A stretch of DNA of 64,000 bases from an uncultured bacterium (GTDB lineage: Bacteria > Verrucomicrobiota > Kiritimatiellia > RFP12 > UBA1067): the NCBI GenBank assembly GCA_900547945.1, contig URIT01000002.1, forward strand, positions 28,503 to 92,502, written 5' to 3'. Positions 42,535 to 51,554 of the stretch are shown here, piece by piece. The notes under the pieces were generated by a model. It had not been told where the DNA came from. It did not search any database and saw only the letters and a list, made by a program, of their open reading frames with translations. Positions within the stretch are counted from its first letter, which is position 1; each line of letters opens with the position of its first letter. The position numbers and the translations under genes are program-made.

Positions 42535-43944
42535 CTAAAGGAAGGGGTCGGATCTAAAGGAAAGGGTTCTGATGGAATCCTTGGGGCAGTCGATCAGCGC
42601 TTGGGGGTAGTGGGGGTTCTCGGTAAAGATGACGCGCGAGCCCGGCTCGACGTGAAAAGTGGGGAACAGCAGGGAATGCCCGCTCGAATCCATTGGATAG
42701 TTGAGCTTGAACAACGCGCGCGTGAAGTCGTTTGTCGGCACTGTCCCGGACGTGACGAATGTGGCGTTGGAGACGAGATAGACATCGTGCCCCACGATGA
42801 GAGGGACCTTCAGCGCACCCGGTCCGACAACGACAAAGGGCCGGCGGAAATAGCCAAAGGAGAGACGCGCCTCTCCCGGCTTACGGTAGTGTTCCGGCCC
42901 CGGATTCGAGACGAGAGGCCCTGGGTACGTGTAATGCCCTTCTTTCGGCAGGGTTACCCACGTTCCTTTGAGTTCTCGTTCCATGCCCTCCATCCGGATC
43001 ACACATCGGTAGTCGGCGTCTACGGGCAACGCTTCCCATTTCGGGCGGCAGCAGGCGAAGATGCCGGCGACGAGGGCGAGGCACGCGCCGACCGCCGCCA
43101 GAACGCGCGCGCACGAAAGCGCCCCCAGCACGGCCAGCGCGCGCCGGACGGTGGCGAGCGAGTGGCAGCGCAGCGTCGGCAGCGAGCTGGTCATGTCCAA
43201 GATGAGGATGCGCCAGGCAAACGGCGGACGCCCGTCGAAAAGCGCGGCGAAGAGCGCGCCGAGGGCGTGGATGTCAGCGGCGGGCGAGATGTCCTTCCCC
43301 TGCATCTGCTCGGGCGCGGCGAAGCCGGGCGTGCCCAGTACGCGGCCGATGCCGCCCGCAAGCGTCGGGTTGCCGCGCCCGAGGCCGTGGATGAAACCGG
43401 AAAGCGCACCGTCCGAGAGGTGGGCGATGCCGAGGTCGGCGAGGACGTAGCGTCCGTCGGGCGCGACCAGCACGTTGTCCGGCTTGAGGTCGCGGTGGAC
43501 GATGCCGTGCGCGTGGAGGCAGGCGAGGGCGCGGCAGAGATCCCGCCCCAACGCGGCGATGGAACGAGGAGACAGACTTTCCGGCAACGGTCGCAGCAGC
43601 TCCATCGTGAAGTAGGGTTCGCCGCGAAACGTTCCGGACGCAAATGCGCGCATGAGGTTGGGATGACGGAACGCGCCCAGCAGGCGGGCCTCGGCGCGGA
43701 AGCGCTCGCGCGCCTGTCCGGGCTCGACGCCGGCGCGCGGTCGGAAGAGCTTGAGCGCGAGGTCCTGCCCGGACGCCTCGTCGTGGACGCGCCAGACGTC
43801 GCCCGTCGCGCCGCGCCCGATCAGGGCGACCGCAACGAGGCCGCCGATGCGCTCGCCGGGGCGGAGGGCCGACGCGGCGACATCCGCCGAGACGTCGGCG
43901 GCGTCGGACGAGGCGAGATAGCGCCGGATATCGTCGGCGTTCAT
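42535..43944 (-). CDS. Ser/Thr protein kinase with TM segment and about 170-aa extracytoplasmic C-terminal domain
   Basis: GRGATGDVW, LALKLF, HGIVHRDLKPDNVL, DLGIA, GTPGFAAPE, then a hydrophobic segment ALAVLGALSCARVLAAVGACLALVAGIFA. ATGA overlap with the ECF sigma gene. Confidence 0.9.
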   Translation of the reverse strand: MNADDIRRYLASSDAADVSADVAASALRPGERIGGLVAVALIGRGATGDVWRVHDEASGQDLALKLFRPRAGVEPGQARERFRAEARLLGAFRHPNLMRAFASGTFRGEPYFTMELLRPLPESLSPRSIAALGRDLCRALACLHAHGIVHRDLKPDNVLVAPDGRYVLADLGIAHLSDGALSGFIHGLGRGNPTLAGGIGRVLGTPGFAAPEQMQGKDISPAADIHALGALFAALFDGRPPFAWRILILDMTSSLPTLRCHSLATVRRALAVLGALSCARVLAAVGACLALVAGIFACCRPKWEALPVDADYRCVIRMEGMERELKGTWVTLPKEGHYTYPGPLVSNPGPEHYRKPGEARLSFGYFRRPFVVVGPGALKVPLIVGHDVYLVSNATFVTSGTVPTNDFTRALFKLNYPMDSSGHSLLFPTFHVEPGSRVIFTENPHYPQALIDCPKDSIRTLSFRSDPFL

Positions 43945-44510
43945 CGCGGCGCGGCCCCGTCTGCGATTTCGAGGCTGCGCACCTCGGCGGCCAGGCGTTC
44001 CGTCAGGCGGTTCTTGATCTGGTAGAGTGCGTTCACGGAGAGGCCGAGATCGGCGGCAACGCGCGCGGCCGGCTCGCCCAGGATGGCGTAGCGGCGGAAG
44101 GCGATCTTGGAGGACGAGCGGACGGACGGGTCGGCGAGGACGCGGCGGAGGGCCATCGCGCAGAGTTCGCGCCGCCAGTCGGCGTCGGACATTTCGAGCG
44201 TGAAGCTCGGCTCGACGGCGGCGGACGGCCCGGCGGCGGGGTCGGCGGCGAACGCCGCGTGGCGGTTCTGCGCGCGTGTCCTCCGACGCAGGAGGTCGTA
44301 GGCCTTGTTCTGCGCGATTTTGAGGACGAACGAGTGGAATGCGCCCTTCCCCGCACGGTCATGGCGGTAGGCGGGCATGATGGCGACGAGCGCGACCAGC
44401 GTCTCGTGGATGACGTCCTCGTACGGCGCGTAGTCGCGGTAGAACCGCGCCCAGCGCGTCTCGTCGTTCGCGGCAAGTCCCGCGATCAAGGTCTCTGTTG
44501 TCTGAAGCAT
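43941..44510 (-). CDS. ECF-type sigma-70 family RNA polymerase sigma factor
   Basis: Region-2-like ...FYRDYAPYEDVIHETLVALV...FHSFVLKIAQNKAYDLLRR and region-4 HTH ...ILGEPAARVAADLGLSVNALYQIKNRL. ATG at 44508-44510 chosen over the TTG at 44528. Confidence 0.85.
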   Translation of the reverse strand: MLQTTETLIAGLAANDETRWARFYRDYAPYEDVIHETLVALVAIMPAYRHDRAGKGAFHSFVLKIAQNKAYDLLRRRTRAQNRHAAFAADPAAGPSAAVEPSFTLEMSDADWRRELCAMALRRVLADPSVRSSSKIAFRRYAILGEPAARVAADLGLSVNALYQIKNRLTERLAAEVRSLEIADGAAPR

Positions 44511-44542
44511 GGCGATGAAGTGCGGCAATTATATCATTTCTT

Positions 44543-44577
44543 CCGCGTAAGAATCCGCAGTGGCGGACGAGTTGGTG
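44543..44577 (+). promoter_or_regulatory. Conserved 35-nt motif, copy A (CCGCGTAAGAATCCGCAGTGGCGGACGAGTTGGTG); candidate ECF-type promoter GTAAG-N16-CGAGT
   Basis: 31 of 35 positions are identical, without gaps, to 51555-51589. Lies in the divergent region between the ECF sigma gene and the low-G+C plus-strand cluster. Confidence 0.4.
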
Positions 44578-44921
44578 TTGTGGCGAGGTCGGAGACGATT
44601 TTGCCGCGAAGGGAAACGCAGGGCGCGGCGTGAAGCAGTCCATTCCGCACGGAATGGCGGATTATGGTATACTTCATGCCGTCAGGCGGGGAGAAATCCG
44701 TCTGCCTTTGCGTCCAACGCATCGATGACATAAGTGAAACCTGAGAAATTTTACTGAAGATGTCACGGTTCGGAGGGTGCGCCCATGGGGGCGCATTTCC
44801 TTTCGCGGTATCTTCAGGGCTTCTCAGGGCCTCACTTAAAACCGCGACGGGAAGTGCGCCCTCTCCATTTCCCGGAGTGAAACAAGGTGGGAGGGTGACG
44901 AAGGAAAGAAAAAACGAAGAA

Positions 44922-45386
44922 ATGGACTCAAGTATGCAAAAGCTCGTCGAGACTGTTCGTGCTTCTCGTAGCAAACAGGCGATTGCCCTTTGCGGCGCGG
45001 CTAACACAGGGAAAACGCATGTGCTCAAGAAACTTTCAAACTGGTTTCGAGATCGGGATGCAATCATCATTGCAATGAAAGACATGGGGAATGGACGCGA
45101 TGAACTTTGGGCATTTGGCTACCAAGATGTGTGCATTGGAATTGCCACGGGCGGAGACAATCAGGAGTTGATAACGGCTGCATTCACATTTTTTGCCGCA
45201 AATGCGTGCGACATCGTCTATTGTTCCACACGATATCGCGCCGATTCTTCATCGTGGACGGAGTTCCAGAAAGAATGTTCTAGCAGAGGCTTTACCATTC
45301 ATTGGACGAGTTCAATGGACATTCCTGAGGAATGCCATCTTGCCATTAATCAAGCCAGGGCCGCGCAACTCGCAGCCATGCTTTGA
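44922..45386 (+). CDS. Small stand-alone P-loop NTPase-like protein (154 aa), family unknown
   Basis: Walker A CGAANTGKTH. Possible Walker-B-like hhhhD (DAIIIAMKD). Start at MDSSMQ (44922); the upstream part of ORF 44760.. lies in the leader. Confidence 0.6.
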   Translation: MDSSMQKLVETVRASRSKQAIALCGAANTGKTHVLKKLSNWFRDRDAIIIAMKDMGNGRDELWAFGYQDVCIGIATGGDNQELITAAFTFFAANACDIVYCSTRYRADSSSWTEFQKECSSRGFTIHWTSSMDIPEECHLAINQARAAQLAAML

Positions 45387-45411
45387 TCAGAAAACCAAAA
45401 AGGAGCAGAAA

Positions 45412-47178
45412 ATGAAGACAAAGCAGATCCTTGCATTCGTAATCATGCTCGAATGTAGTGCGAGCTATGCATTCTTGCCAAATTTAATTCAAAACGTGAT
45501 TCAGTCCGCAGAGGACTCTCTCGTGACTGTTCGGAAGAGTGACTGTCAGCAAAAAACGCCCCAGTCAACAGAGGCTAATCAAGAAAACGGGCATACGGTT
45601 GACGAAAGAACACGAAGAAAAGATCAGACGCAGAATAATGGCGAAAGAATGCCTGATTCAGAACCCTCATGTGAACAGCAAGGAGGGAAATCAATAGAGA
45701 CAAACGAAAGATTTGTAAAACAGCGCGAAGAACACGCAGGAGAAGAAAAGAAGCAGGAGGAGGATACGAGGAAGGAGGAGGAGAATAGCCAACATCAGGC
45801 GTATCAGGAAGAATTAGCCAAGAACCGCGACCGCATTGAGGCAATGGCGTCACTCACGAAGGAGCTGTCGGCGTATCTGCAAGGAGAGTTTACCAACAAG
45901 CTTTACTTCGTTTGCAAAATACACGATCAGTTATACGACATCACCAAGACAACGGAACAAAAAGATTTCCTCTGTAAGAAAGAATGGGATCAGTGGGGCA
46001 TGGGTCCGCTTGCCAGATCTGAAAAGCTATTGCCCCCATCAGACTACTTGATCCGCGGCATATTGGAGGAAAAAACAAAAAAAGCCACCGAGTACCAGGG
46101 CATCAACGTTTCGATCAATAAGTCCAAAGAAGGGAAATCACTTGAGGAAGATTACCCTGGCACATTCAGAGTCAATGATATCACCTTTCGGCTTTGGAAC
46201 GGACAATACTACTCCCTCACATTCCAGTTCAACGATTTGTCTCAGGCAAGCGAAATGATCGGAAAAGTGTCAATCAAAACAAAGGAACTCCTCAAGGAAT
46301 GGCTTGATGAACAGTATATGACAGCCTGTGCGTTCGGCGAAACTAATGTGTGGGGACAGTATTTTTCACAGACGCACAAGAAGGAAACGGCTCCCGTAAA
46401 GATTCTGAAGGAAATTGCATTGGGAGATACCTTGATTGAGGTCTTGAAGAAAATCAGCCAGATAGATCCTTCCTTTAAGGTGGCCTATCATAATGGGACG
46501 CCGGATCCTTCTTTTACGGTGTCATCGCACAATAAAAAAGTCCAAGTACTCCCTCCCATGGCCTATGGCCGCCAGTATGATTTCACACTTAAAAATCACA
46601 CCTTAACGTTCGGCTTCGGCGGCTTTGACAATGAGAGCGCCGTGAATCTGCTCTGGGCAAAAGTCGCGTTCAATACGGGATCCGTTGAAGTTGAGACGCT
46701 TGAAGAACTTCTGACGAAACGGTTCCCCGCCGGTTTTGCCCTTTCCAAGAAAACCAAGAAAGTCGGCATGCACTGGAAAGATCCGGAGAATACGCCTCAA
46801 TTCATCGGGGAACAATATGCCGACGCGGCGCTCGTCATTGGGATGTCCGCCATGACACGTAAAGAAGGCGGCGAATTACTCGCGTCGGAGCGAGAGAAAT
46901 ACGCAAAAGCATTAAAGACGAAGGAAGAAATCGAGAAGAAGTACATGGAGCCCACTTATGTTTATTATATAGGAACCAACCACAGTGGCTATGATGTTGT
47001 GGTAAACACCTTGGAGAAAGTCCCCGGAATCGCATCCGACTATATCGTGTTCGACTTGGATACGCATAACCTACAGATCGATCTTTATAACAGAAATCTG
47101 CGGAAAAAAAGGGATGCGGCCAAGAAAGAAGAGCAGGAAAAGGCTAAAAAGGATGCAGAGGCCGCACTTGACATTTAA
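45412..47178 (+). CDS. Secreted hypothetical protein (588 aa) with charged low-complexity linker and C-terminal Lys/Glu-rich tail
   Basis: AAGGAG 8 nt upstream of ATG 45412. Signal-like MKTKQILAFVIMLECSASYA. No recognisable family. Confidence 0.65.
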   Translation: MKTKQILAFVIMLECSASYAFLPNLIQNVIQSAEDSLVTVRKSDCQQKTPQSTEANQENGHTVDERTRRKDQTQNNGERMPDSEPSCEQQGGKSIETNERFVKQREEHAGEEKKQEEDTRKEEENSQHQAYQEELAKNRDRIEAMASLTKELSAYLQGEFTNKLYFVCKIHDQLYDITKTTEQKDFLCKKEWDQWGMGPLARSEKLLPPSDYLIRGILEEKTKKATEYQGINVSINKSKEGKSLEEDYPGTFRVNDITFRLWNGQYYSLTFQFNDLSQASEMIGKVSIKTKELLKEWLDEQYMTACAFGETNVWGQYFSQTHKKETAPVKILKEIALGDTLIEVLKKISQIDPSFKVAYHNGTPDPSFTVSSHNKKVQVLPPMAYGRQYDFTLKNHTLTFGFGGFDNESAVNLLWAKVAFNTGSVEVETLEELLTKRFPAGFALSKKTKKVGMHWKDPENTPQFIGEQYADAALVIGMSAMTRKEGGELLASEREKYAKALKTKEEIEKKYMEPTYVYYIGTNHSGYDVVVNTLEKVPGIASDYIVFDLDTHNLQIDLYNRNLRKKRDAAKKEEQEKAKKDAEAALDI

Positions 47179-47220
47179 CCGCCCGACGTCATCAACGAAC
47201 TCACACTAGAAAGGAAAATC

Positions 47221-48072
47221 ATGGTCACGCTCAATAACGTATTCGGAAACGAGAACATTCTCAAGAAGGAAACCAAGGGATGCTTCACGGTCTTGGAACA
47301 CAAGTCCGACCGCAGTGTCAGCGCCAAAACCGCAATGCAGGAATACTTCAAGGGGAAAATGGGACTCAATCGCCGTCAGCTGCTCTGTAACCTCGACGGC
47401 AATGCCGTCAAGACCCAGGCGGGGGCAATGCAGTGGACGGCCGGTGCCGTCGAATCGGTGACGGGCATCACTGGCGCAGGACAGTTCGCCAAGAATATCC
47501 TGAAGGCAGCTGTCACCAAGGAATCTGCCGTGAAGCCCGTCTATCGCGGGAAAGGGCAGCTGATGCTGGAACCGACCTACCGTTACATTCTGCTGGAGGA
47601 TGTCGCATCGTGGGGGGAGAAGGGAATCGTTCTCACGGACGGGCTGTTCCTCGCATGCGATGAGACGATCGTCGAGAAGGTCATCATGCGCAAGAATCTC
47701 TCTTCCCTGTTCGGCGGCAAGGGGCTGTTCAATCTGTCGTTGGTCGGGCAAGGGTTCTGTGCGCTTGAAAGCTACGTGCCTCGCGAAGAACTGTATGAAT
47801 TCGACATTAAGGACGACACGGTTAAGATTGACGGCAACATGGCCGTCTGCTGGTCAGGCTCTTTGGATTTCACGGTGGAACGTTCATCGAAATCCCTGTT
47901 TGGTTCAATGATGAACGGAGAGGGTCTCGTCAATGTGTATCGTGGAACAGGCAAGATTTTGATGGCGCCTACGCTTCCAGGAGCTGAAGATGAAGGTTCC
48001 AACGCGCCCAAACGGAATGACTCCGTAGCCCAGAAAGGCTTCTTCCAATCGCTCATGAAATCGGCCAATTGA
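47221..48072 (+). CDS. AIM24-family (DUF124) protein
   Basis: ...RRQLLCNLDGNAVKTQAGAMQWTAG..., GKGQLMLEPT, GLFNLSLVGQGFCALES, GEGLVNVYRGTGKILMAP match the AIM24/TIGR00266 pattern. Confidence 0.85.
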   Translation: MVTLNNVFGNENILKKETKGCFTVLEHKSDRSVSAKTAMQEYFKGKMGLNRRQLLCNLDGNAVKTQAGAMQWTAGAVESVTGITGAGQFAKNILKAAVTKESAVKPVYRGKGQLMLEPTYRYILLEDVASWGEKGIVLTDGLFLACDETIVEKVIMRKNLSSLFGGKGLFNLSLVGQGFCALESYVPREELYEFDIKDDTVKIDGNMAVCWSGSLDFTVERSSKSLFGSMMNGEGLVNVYRGTGKILMAPTLPGAEDEGSNAPKRNDSVAQKGFFQSLMKSAN

Positions 48073-48171
48073 CATTCAGCTTGTCCCTACGTCAAAAGGC
48101 GACCGCCTTCTCCGCCTCTTGACGAAAAGTAAAAGACGAGAAGGCAAAGACATACAAAAAGGAGAATGCGA

Positions 48172-50808
48172 ATGAAAAAACTCATGTTCGTATTGGGCTT
48201 ACCAATACTTATCGCAGGATGCGCGTCGCCGCTTCGGATCCAGACGACGGATTTGAGCGGCGGGGTTCGGGAAATCGAGGTGAAGAACCTCAGCGGCGAG
48301 GTGATCGAGGTCAACGACGGCTTCAGGAAAAAGCTCAACGAGCGGAAAGCGGCGCTGGAGGGAGAAATAAAGAACGTTCTTGAGGGCAAGGTCAAGAGCG
48401 GTGATTTCAAGAAGGACTATTCCATACCAGTGGAGGGAATCGTCGCAAAAGGCGGAAAGGAACCGCTGACCGAAGAGGAGATGGGCGTCTTTCGCGCGGT
48501 CGGCGAGACGTTGACACGTGAGTATGTGAAGCAAATCATCTACCCCGCCTGGGCAAAGAAAATCATCACTCCCAACGTATCTTCAGCCAAGGCAAGACTC
48601 GCGGACGGCGACTACGCGCAGGCCCGTGAAATCATGTGGGACGCGGAGAAAACCGGCGTCGCGGAGGTGGATGAGCTTGTCCGCAAGCTGGGCAACAGGT
48701 TCCTGAACAGGGAAGTGAACCCCGCCCAGTGGCTTTTGCTGGAGAAAGAGCTCAAGACCGCCTTTGATGCGGCGATGGCGGCAAAGGACTATGCGGGCGC
48801 AAGAAAGTCAATCGGCGACGCCAAGGGGATCCGCACGTTCTCCCAAAAGCTCGAGGCCGCACCGTCGCCGATGGCGGACGAGACGGAAGACACCCTGAAG
48901 GTCGCCGATGGCGTCACTTCGGGACTGCTGGGGACGGTGGCCGTGAACACCCGCCTTGAGGCATTCAAGGGGAAACTCCTGGACGAGATCGCGGCGGCGG
49001 AGAAGGCGGAGCTTGACGCCAAGATGCAGGCGATGCTCGACGAGCTGGGCAAGAAGGTGGCGTCGCTGGTCGAAGAGGAGAAGTTCGGCGAGGCGCGCGA
49101 CGCGGTCGCCGCCGTCGCTCAGGTGAAAGACGGCGAATGGAACGAGAAGGTCAACGCGGCCAAGAAGAAGCTGCTGGACGATGTCGCAAAGGCCGAGAAG
49201 GCCGCGCGTGACGCAAAGACGCAGCGACTCCTGGACGAATTCACGGCCAAGGTCATCGCTCTCGTCGAGGAGGGGAAGTTCGGCGAAGCGCGCGACGCCA
49301 TTCGCGACATCGCATTGGTGGACAACGACGAATGGGACGCCAAGATCTACGCCGTCCGCATCGGCCTGATGAACTCGGTCGTCAATCCGCGCCAGCTCAA
49401 GCACCTGAAGGCCGAGGCCGCAAAGACCATTGACGGCCTTGTCGCCGAGAAGAAATACGCCGAAGCCGCGAAGTTCATCGACGACTATCCGTACGTACAT
49501 GACACGTTTGACCAGATAAAGGCGTCGTTTGGCAGAATCGAGAAGGCGATGAAGGCGCTGAAGCTCGAAGACGGGCAGGCTGCCGAATACGTCGCCTCGC
49601 GCCTGGCGACCGTCCGCGAGATGCTGGAGAAGCGGCTTGGGAAATATGACGGCAACGAGGACTACTCGGAACTTGAACGCGCGCTGAGCGAACTTGAGAA
49701 GGGGTATGTCGGGCAGCATTACGACGACACGGCGGCGACGGGCGTAACCAACGCCATCAAGGGCGAAATCGTCGCGATGGTCGATGCGAAATATGCCCCG
49801 CTCACGACTTGGGAAATGAACGAGGCGCTGCGGAGGTTCCTTGAGGCGAAACGGCCCCAAATGCCCGCCGACGACCAGGGGGAGGGACTCCCCGCGCCGA
49901 CATTGGGCGTCATTTCCGATGAGGTCGACTACGATTCGCAGATCGCGATGGCGGAGGCGGCGATCGCCGAACCGTCGGCCGTCTACGGGCTTGCGGCCGT
50001 ACTCGGCGACTACGCCCGGATCATGCGCCGCTGCAAGGCCGGGAACGCCGTCGCCCCCGAAGAGGCGAACACCATGCTCGTCGCCTCCGTCTTCCTCAAC
50101 CAGCCGGAGATGTTCAAGCTCGCCTTGACGCTCAAGGCCGACGTCAACACGGCGGCGCGGCGTGACCCGCTCGCGCGCGCGCCGATCCTGCTTGCGGCAC
50201 AGCTCGGGCGGACAGCGTTCGTCAAGCTCGTCCGGGACGCGAACGGCAAGCCTGACGTGATCGACGCGAACGGCAACACGCTTCTGCACTATGCAACGGA
50301 GCGCGGCAATCTTGCGCTTGCCAGGGCCGTTGTCCCCGCCGTCAAGATCGACGCGGCCAACAAGGCCGGCGAGACGGCGCTGTTCGTGGCCGTGCGGCGC
50401 AATCAGCTTGCGGCCGTAAAAGCCATTCTCCGGCTTGCCGGCGACGCGGCCGCGCAGAAGACGTACGTGGCGATCGCAAACGCCGACGGCCAGAATGCCT
50501 TTGACGTCGCATGTGTGTCGAATGCTCACATGCTGCTCGACACGCTCGCCGCCGCCGGCGCCGAATACGACGAACGGCATCTCGCCGCGGCGCTTGGTGC
50601 GGATTGCATCGGCGTGGCGCAGTGGCTCGTTGAAAAGGGCCTGGACGTCAATGCCGACATCGTGCAGCGTCTAGCGGCCAAGGTCAGGCCAGTGCCGCCG
50701 ACACTGCCATCCGCCACCTATTCCTACCTTGTGGCTGAAGGCTTGAAGGTCGAGGCGGAAGAGGCACCGTCCAAGGACACGAAGCCTTCGGAGAAAGCGG
50801 CCGAATAA
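48172..50808 (+). CDS. Large lipoprotein with internal 65-aa tandem duplication and C-terminal ankyrin repeats
   Basis: Lipobox LIAGC. Repeats ...MLDELGKKVASLVEEEKFGEARDAV... / ...LLDEFTAKVIALVEEGKFGEARDAI... (195 nt apart). ANK-like GNTLLHYATERGNLALARAVV, GETALFVAVRRNQLAAVKAIL, GQNAFDVACVSNAHMLLDTLAAAGA. Confidence 0.8.
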   Translation: MKKLMFVLGLPILIAGCASPLRIQTTDLSGGVREIEVKNLSGEVIEVNDGFRKKLNERKAALEGEIKNVLEGKVKSGDFKKDYSIPVEGIVAKGGKEPLTEEEMGVFRAVGETLTREYVKQIIYPAWAKKIITPNVSSAKARLADGDYAQAREIMWDAEKTGVAEVDELVRKLGNRFLNREVNPAQWLLLEKELKTAFDAAMAAKDYAGARKSIGDAKGIRTFSQKLEAAPSPMADETEDTLKVADGVTSGLLGTVAVNTRLEAFKGKLLDEIAAAEKAELDAKMQAMLDELGKKVASLVEEEKFGEARDAVAAVAQVKDGEWNEKVNAAKKKLLDDVAKAEKAARDAKTQRLLDEFTAKVIALVEEGKFGEARDAIRDIALVDNDEWDAKIYAVRIGLMNSVVNPRQLKHLKAEAAKTIDGLVAEKKYAEAAKFIDDYPYVHDTFDQIKASFGRIEKAMKALKLEDGQAAEYVASRLATVREMLEKRLGKYDGNEDYSELERALSELEKGYVGQHYDDTAATGVTNAIKGEIVAMVDAKYAPLTTWEMNEALRRFLEAKRPQMPADDQGEGLPAPTLGVISDEVDYDSQIAMAEAAIAEPSAVYGLAAVLGDYARIMRRCKAGNAVAPEEANTMLVASVFLNQPEMFKLALTLKADVNTAARRDPLARAPILLAAQLGRTAFVKLVRDANGKPDVIDANGNTLLHYATERGNLALARAVVPAVKIDAANKAGETALFVAVRRNQLAAVKAILRLAGDAAAQKTYVAIANADGQNAFDVACVSNAHMLLDTLAAAGAEYDERHLAAALGADCIGVAQWLVEKGLDVNADIVQRLAAKVRPVPPTLPSATYSYLVAEGLKVEAEEAPSKDTKPSEKAAE

Positions 50809-50889
50809 TCGATTCGTCCGCACTCTATCCGGTTCGGACATGGACCGCCATGCCCGAACCGCCCTTCTTCTTCCAGAAAGGTTTCGCGT

Positions 50890-51501
50890 ATGAACACGAA
50901 AGGGCTTTTTCTTCCCGCCTGTGCGGCTTTTGCGCTCATCGCTGCTGCGACGACGTATTGTGATGCGCCTGGTAGCCGACAATGGTCGGTTGACGCGAAT
51001 CGAACCGGGAAGACGGTCTATCGTGACGGGCAAGGCCGGATAACCGGGTCTTATGAAACGGACAGGTTCGGGAAGACGACTTATCGGGACGGACAAGGAC
51101 GGATACAAGGTTCTGTGACTTGCGACCCACGTGGAAAGACAACATACCGGGACGCCTCTGGGCGGTTGCAGGGGACGATGACGACGGATCGCGCCGGCAC
51201 GACCACCTGGCGTGATTCGCTCGGGAGGGTTCAGGGTTCGCACTCTACGGACAGGAACGGCAAGACGACGTTTAGAGACGGCTCCGGGCGTGTCCAGATG
51301 ACCGAGCAGACCGACCGCCATGGGAAGACGACGTACCGCGACCATCTGGGGCGGGTTCAAGGTTCGGTCCAGGTGGATCGGAACGGCAAGACCACCTGGC
51401 GCGACGCGCGCGGCCGCGTGCAGGGTACGGCCACGACAGACCGTTCGGGCAAGACAACCTACCGCGACGCGAAGGGACGCATAAGAGGTTATAGAAAGTG
51501 A
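50890..51501 (+). CDS. Small secreted protein built from eight 21-aa YD/RHS-like repeats (GKTTYRDxxGRxQGSxxTDRx)
   Basis: Signal peptide MNTKGLFLPACAAFALIAAA, then a regular 63-nt periodicity. Paralogue of 11980-12468. Confidence 0.75.
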   Translation: MNTKGLFLPACAAFALIAAATTYCDAPGSRQWSVDANRTGKTVYRDGQGRITGSYETDRFGKTTYRDGQGRIQGSVTCDPRGKTTYRDASGRLQGTMTTDRAGTTTWRDSLGRVQGSHSTDRNGKTTFRDGSGRVQMTEQTDRHGKTTYRDHLGRVQGSVQVDRNGKTTWRDARGRVQGTATTDRSGKTTYRDAKGRIRGYRK

Positions 51502-51554
51502 GGGCAACGCCTTGCACGGATTTCTGACAAAATTTGCCGTGTCATGACCTGTGC

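Noticed and set aside
44534-45085. 183-aa minus-strand ORF overlapping the P-loop gene start
   Set aside because: It is antisense to a better-supported plus-strand gene with a Walker A motif. It runs through the non-coding leader. No motif or start context supports it.
47221-48072. Link between the AIM24 (TRAP-like fold) protein and the 8-bp repeat array upstream of upp
   Set aside because: The repeat period (8 nt) and sequence do not resemble TRAP-type triplet arrays. The loci are 39 kb apart in different compositional compartments. There is no supporting evidence.
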